From Octopus vulgaris (Eukaryota): a stretch of 64,000 bases of DNA. Every line of letters begins with the position of its first letter. The stretch's first letter is position 1. The notes below the pieces were generated by a model that did not search any database, was not told the origin of the DNA, and worked only from the letters and a program-made list of their open reading frames with translations. A program made the position numbers and the translations under genes. Shown in pieces: positions 59,365 through 64,000 of this stretch. The stretch covers positions 58,590,001 through 58,654,000 of the forward strand of contig OX597819.1 of the NCBI GenBank assembly GCA_951406725.2, written 5' to 3'.

Positions 59365-60429
59365 AGTTCCCACTATACTATCCTGTCGCACGGCAATCCT
59401 TTCTCTCAAATCAGCAGAACTACAGTAATTCCGCATTGACAGTCTTTAACAAATATTGTGCCCCATATCTGACTTTTCCCATTTCCCATTTCCCAAGTAG
59501 AGGTATTGTTCCCATCTTTCCACGTCACCAACACAATCCAGATCCTTACCACAATCACCAGATTTCTTCTTTACATGCTGTGATGCAATATTACAACAGA
59601 ATAATAATAATAATAATAAATGCCTCATTCATTATCTATAAGAAGTTTCTTATCGACAACAACTGTGTACCGTTCATTCATTATTGCAACACCTGAAAGA
59701 TAACAATCAAGAGAGCAAGCAATAACTTTGCATGTCTCATACTATCGCAGCCGTATTTGTCCGTTGTTAAGAGGGTTTCTACGAATGAGTTTTTATTTGA
59801 AGCATCACACAAGCGAGAGAAAGAAAGAATCCTATTTTGGTATTTCAAAAGTTACATAGGGTTTTCATGAATCTCAGGACGAGAATTTGGTGGAGAATGA
59901 TGACCGATACGTTCAGCAAGATTTCCTCTGCCAAGCGGGGAATGGTGCATATATTTATATGCCTTTATTTAAAATTGAAGATTCGCTGATGAAGCAAGCT
60001 CAGCAGATGCATCCTACGCAAGGAATGAAAAAGATCACTGAGAAAGAAATGAGATATCTTAGGCCTCTAGCTATTGTTACTTTTGTGGTAATGTGGGAAG
60101 GTGGAGATTATTACCTTGACCTTTAACGATATGCAGTTGAAAGGGATTAGTGCGGATATACAAATCCTGATCATCTTCGAAAATCACGAGGTGATTCTTG
60201 TGATGTACTCTGCAGCGAGTGTGAAATAAAAAGTTTTAAGTCTGGTCGTGCAGAAAAGAAAGCTCGGCATTTATGGTCATTTAAGGGCTTAGTCATGGTA
60301 GGATATGCTGTTCCTAGGGCACCACCTGTCGCAGAAAACGTCGAATGTCAAAGCCTCATCCTTGGTTTCAAGAACCAAAAAAGCGGCAAATCACCACGAA
60401 ACCTAGAGATCACTTCTGTTGGTCATAGT

Positions 60430-61195
60430 TAGCAGCGGTATTTCATCGTCTTGCAAACCACAAAAGCATTTATTCCGATTCTTTACGTTCTCAGTTCAAA
60501 TACGACCCAGATGAACTTTGCCTTTCATTCTTTCGAAGCTGGTAATATAAAATATCGACCACGCCAAGAATTGGGGTCGATTTAATTGGAAAAGCCTTCC
60601 CCTCAAAATCGGAGGACATTTTGCTTAAGTTAGACACAATTATTGTTAAGGGCGATGGATTGGCAGAGTCGTTAGAGAAACGGAAAAAATACCATGCAGA
60701 ATTTTGAGAAGGAGTAGGGTTCAAATCCCATTGAAGTGAACTTTGACCTTCAACCTTCTGGTGTCATAAGATAAAGTACTCGTCACGTATGTCACTCAAT
60801 TTAATCGACTAACCATCCTCATCACAAATTTCTGGTCATGTACCAAAAAAGTCAAAAACGATTATCATATTATCTTTATTAAGACGGCGAGCCGACAGAA
60901 TAGTCAAGACACCGAGCAAAATGCAGAGAGGCCTCTTTTTTTTTTATAGACTGCCTTTATTGTCCGTCATATTTTCGTTGTGGTATAAGGCTGCGAGCTG
61001 GCAGAATCATTAGAACACCGGACGAAATGCTTAGCTGCACTTCGTCCGTCTTTACATTCTGAGTTCAAATTTCGCCGAGATTGACTTTGTCTTTCATCTT
61101 TTCGGAGTTGATAAAATACCAATCAAGTAACTGAATCGACGTAATCGACCACCCACTCCCGCTAGAATTGGTGACCTTGTGCCAAAATTAGAAAG
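60430..61195 (+). mobile_element. Cluster of diverged family A SINEs
   Basis: At least three units, best conserved at about 60987-61195. Confidence 0.7.
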
Positions 61196-61233
61196 AGTTA
61201 TTTATTTATATATTTATTTTAGTTGCAAAGTTT

Positions 61234-61305
<72 letters not shown>

Positions 61306-61786
61306 GTAAATCCATTCAGAGAAAGTTTGCGATTTATGACTCATTTTCCCATTCGGCTATGACCTCACGCAGAACAATTGACATTTACCGATTTAATAAT
61401 CTAGTACTTATGTATAACAATCATTATGATTAATTTTTATAGATAAATATATGAATGGACAGATGACACAAATACTCATTTGTAACCTTAAATATCTCCC
61501 CACTTCGCGTGGGTAGATACAGATATGTAACTAGAAGAGAAATGTAGATTAGAAGGTGGCGGTGAGGAAGTGTGAGCATGAGGGAATGGGTGAGAAATGG
61601 GGACGAAACGTGACAGAGTAAGAATGATGGTAAGAGGAGAGAGTAGAAGGCTGTTTGCAGGAGAATGGTGGTAGGAACGAGTAATGGGGACGAAGAAACG
61701 GACACAAGTAAATTTAAACCAGATGAGTGAGGTGAGAGTGTAACAGGAGATATCGGGTATCATGCTAGCAAAAGTGTCGTAATCTA

Positions 61787-61857
<71 letters not shown>

Positions 61858-61898
61858 ATGTATGTATGTATGTATGTATGTGTATATGTATGTATATT

Positions 61899-62463
61899 AT
61901 GTCAGGTCACTTTCGAGTGCTACTGGTAACATGTAACCCAGTACAACCTGTTGCATGGTCGGGTCGTCGGCGACTAAACCGGCAACCCCACCAAGCTTGC
62001 TTGGTGAGGAGGGTGTTTATTGGACACCCTGCGGGGATGAAAAACAAAACCCGTCAAAGGGCGGAGGAACTCTTGAGAGTCAACGGCCATCCAATAAATG
62101 TCTTAAGGCTGTATCATACGCAGGGACATAGAAATAATCGGACTGAATACCCCGATCGCGCGGTTAAACCATTGGGAGTGAAGGACTCCTAGCCTTTGTT
62201 AGGGCATCCTTCAAGGAGAAGGTAACTCAGGAAACTGGGATAACTCCTACATAAAACCTGCGGCTCCGTGGTTACTGTGATGTTAACTTGTTCTTTTCGG
62301 ATTATGGCTGCTGTTGCTTAGTGAGTGGAATTGACTCAGTGCACAGCCTTTCCTCAACTTAAAAAAAAATCTTCTTGCCCAGGCATTGCACGATAACAAT
62401 ATTGATTAAGCTTCGTGCAATGGCCATACTCGATAACGAGGGGGCAGCCACCATGTATGTATG

Positions 62464-62497
<34 letters not shown>

Positions 62498-62520
62498 TGT
62501 ATGTATGTATGTATGTATGT
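61899..62520 (+). mobile_element. Probable short non-autonomous RTE-derived element with (ATGT)n tail
   Basis: GC-rich segment with an RTE 5'-UTR-like motif (tagggcatccttcaaggagaaggtaactc..aaaacc) and a 3' end resembling the reverse-oriented fragment at about 14305-14370. Confidence 0.45.
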
Positions 62521-62534
62521 GCGTGTATATGTTT

Positions 62535-62732
62535 GTGTGTCTCTGTTTGTCCTCCCCAACATCGCTTGACAACCGATGGTAGTGTGTTTACGTCCCCATA
62601 ACTTAGCGGTTCGGTAAAAGTGACCGATAGAATAAGTACTAGGCTTCCAACGAATAATCCTGGGGTCGATTTGCTCGACTAAAGGCGGTGCTCCAGCATG
62701 GCCGCAGTCAAATGACTGAAACAAGTAAAAGA
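62535..62732 (+). mobile_element. 3' half of a family B SINE
   Basis: gcttgacaaccgat..ccagcatggccgcagtcaaatgactgaaacaag. Confidence 0.85.
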
Positions 62733-62833
62733 GTAGTCTCCTGCCTCGCCGATATTGCAATGCGGTTTCAATTCCAGATTAATACTAATGCAATCTGCAC
62801 TTTTACCACTTCTATTTCAATATTTAATCATTC

Positions 62834-63185
62834 CTAAGGCGGTGAGCTGGCTGAGTCGACTTTGCCTTTCATACTTTCGCGGTCGATAAATTAAGTACCA
62901 GTAACGCACTGGGGTCGATATAATCGACTTAATCCGTTTGTCTGTCCTTGTTTGTCCTCTCTGTGTTTATCCCCTTGTGGGTAGTAAAGAAATAGGTATT
63001 TCGTCTGCCGCTACATTCTGAGTTCAAATTCCGCCGAGGTCGACTTTGCTTTTCATCTTTTAGGGGTCGATTAAATAAGTACCAGTTACGCATTTGGGGA
63101 GGGGGTCGATGTGATCGACATAATCCTTTTGTCTGTCCTTGTTTGTCCTCTCTATATTTAGCCCCCTGAGGGCAATAAATAAATT
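62834..63185 (+). mobile_element. Family A SINE dimer with TSD
   Basis: 15-bp TSD aatatttaatcattc at 62819-62833 and 63186-63200. Confidence 0.88.
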
Positions 63186-63661
63186 AATATTTAATCATTC
63201 TTGTTAAAATGTAACCAATATTCCGAGTTCGACGCTCGTCGGGGCCAACTTCGCTTTCTATCATTCTGAGATTGATAAAATGAAGTGCCCCTGAATAATT
63301 TTAGGGAATGGACATTAAGGAGAAATATTATGTAACGGAATGACTGAGGAAGATATACATTCGAACCCTTGCTGCGTTAAATAAAGATCGTAAACTGGGA
63401 TCTGAGCGCTAATATACTTAATGTTGGAACCAGGAAATTTTATTTAATTAAAATTATATTATAGTAAGGAGAAAATGTATATATTATTTCTTGACAAACA
63501 CAGACCATAAAAAGCAAGGAAGACAAACTCGGACTTTAAACTAGAACATAGCCGTACACTCAAATATAATACGTTATGTTTGAAATATCAGGCTGAGTAA
63601 AATGTAAGCAACGTTTTGAAACATGAAATTCATTACAGTATATTTTAACAATGCGGAAATT

Positions 63662-63975
63662 TTATTCATCAAAGAAAGGACCATTACAATCAATACATTT
63701 TTGCCAACGAGTTCCAAGTTTGTTTATTCCGGTAACATAAAAATCTTGAAGTCTGGAGCTGATGAACTCTTTCAATGCACTTTCAGCATCGGTTTGATTT
63801 TTGAACTCCTTCTCTCACAGGAAACAATCAAAGTGCTTACAAATGTGATCTAGGGAATAAGTTGGGTGGGGAAGAACTTCGTAGCCAGGTTACCTCAACT
63901 TCTGGAGCGTCATCAGTGAAACGTGTGGTCGAGCATTGTCATAAAGAATGATTGGAGTCCAGCCGTACACCACCA
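63662..63975 (-). mobile_element. Mariner transposase C-terminal remnant
   Basis: PIILYDNARPHVS..GYEVLPHPTYSLD..FYVTGINKLGTRWQKCIDCNGPFFDE*, with stops. Confidence 0.88.
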
Positions 63976-64000
63976 GTCACCATAACCTTCTTTTTGAAGA

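Overview
AT-rich, microsatellite-dense eukaryotic DNA. The SINE and LINE content and the gene structure suggest a coleoid cephalopod, probably Octopus (inference). The first 33 kb holds the 3' part of a + strand fibrillar procollagen alpha-chain gene, with 44 exons in the window: three N-propeptide microexons, an N-telopeptide exon, a triple helix of about 1011 aa on phase-0 exons mostly in the 54/45-nt family, a C-telopeptide, a COLFI C-propeptide and the stop at 32859-32861. The start codon lies upstream of the window. The remainder has no recognisable host gene. It is a mosaic of tRNA-derived SINEs, CR1-like, RTE and Penelope-like retroelement fragments, mariner remnants, a Merlin-like MITE and simple repeats. 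Nearly all supplied ORFs are spurious or transposon-derived. The most notable observations are: (i) four minimal hammerhead ribozyme motifs with three different 3:8 core pairs (C-G, G-C, U-A); (ii) an 85-bp inverted repeat enclosing a 27-nt microexon and covering its polypyrimidine tract; (iii) a single Gly->Ala break at helix position 598, a KGWT cross-link site and a 6-Cys C-propeptide; (iv) a PHD finger inside an RTE reverse transcriptase; (v) an unexplained diverged ~870-bp tandem repeat next to a Penelope endonuclease. I found no clearly new multi-gene system. All coordinates were read by eye, and repeat boundaries are approximate.
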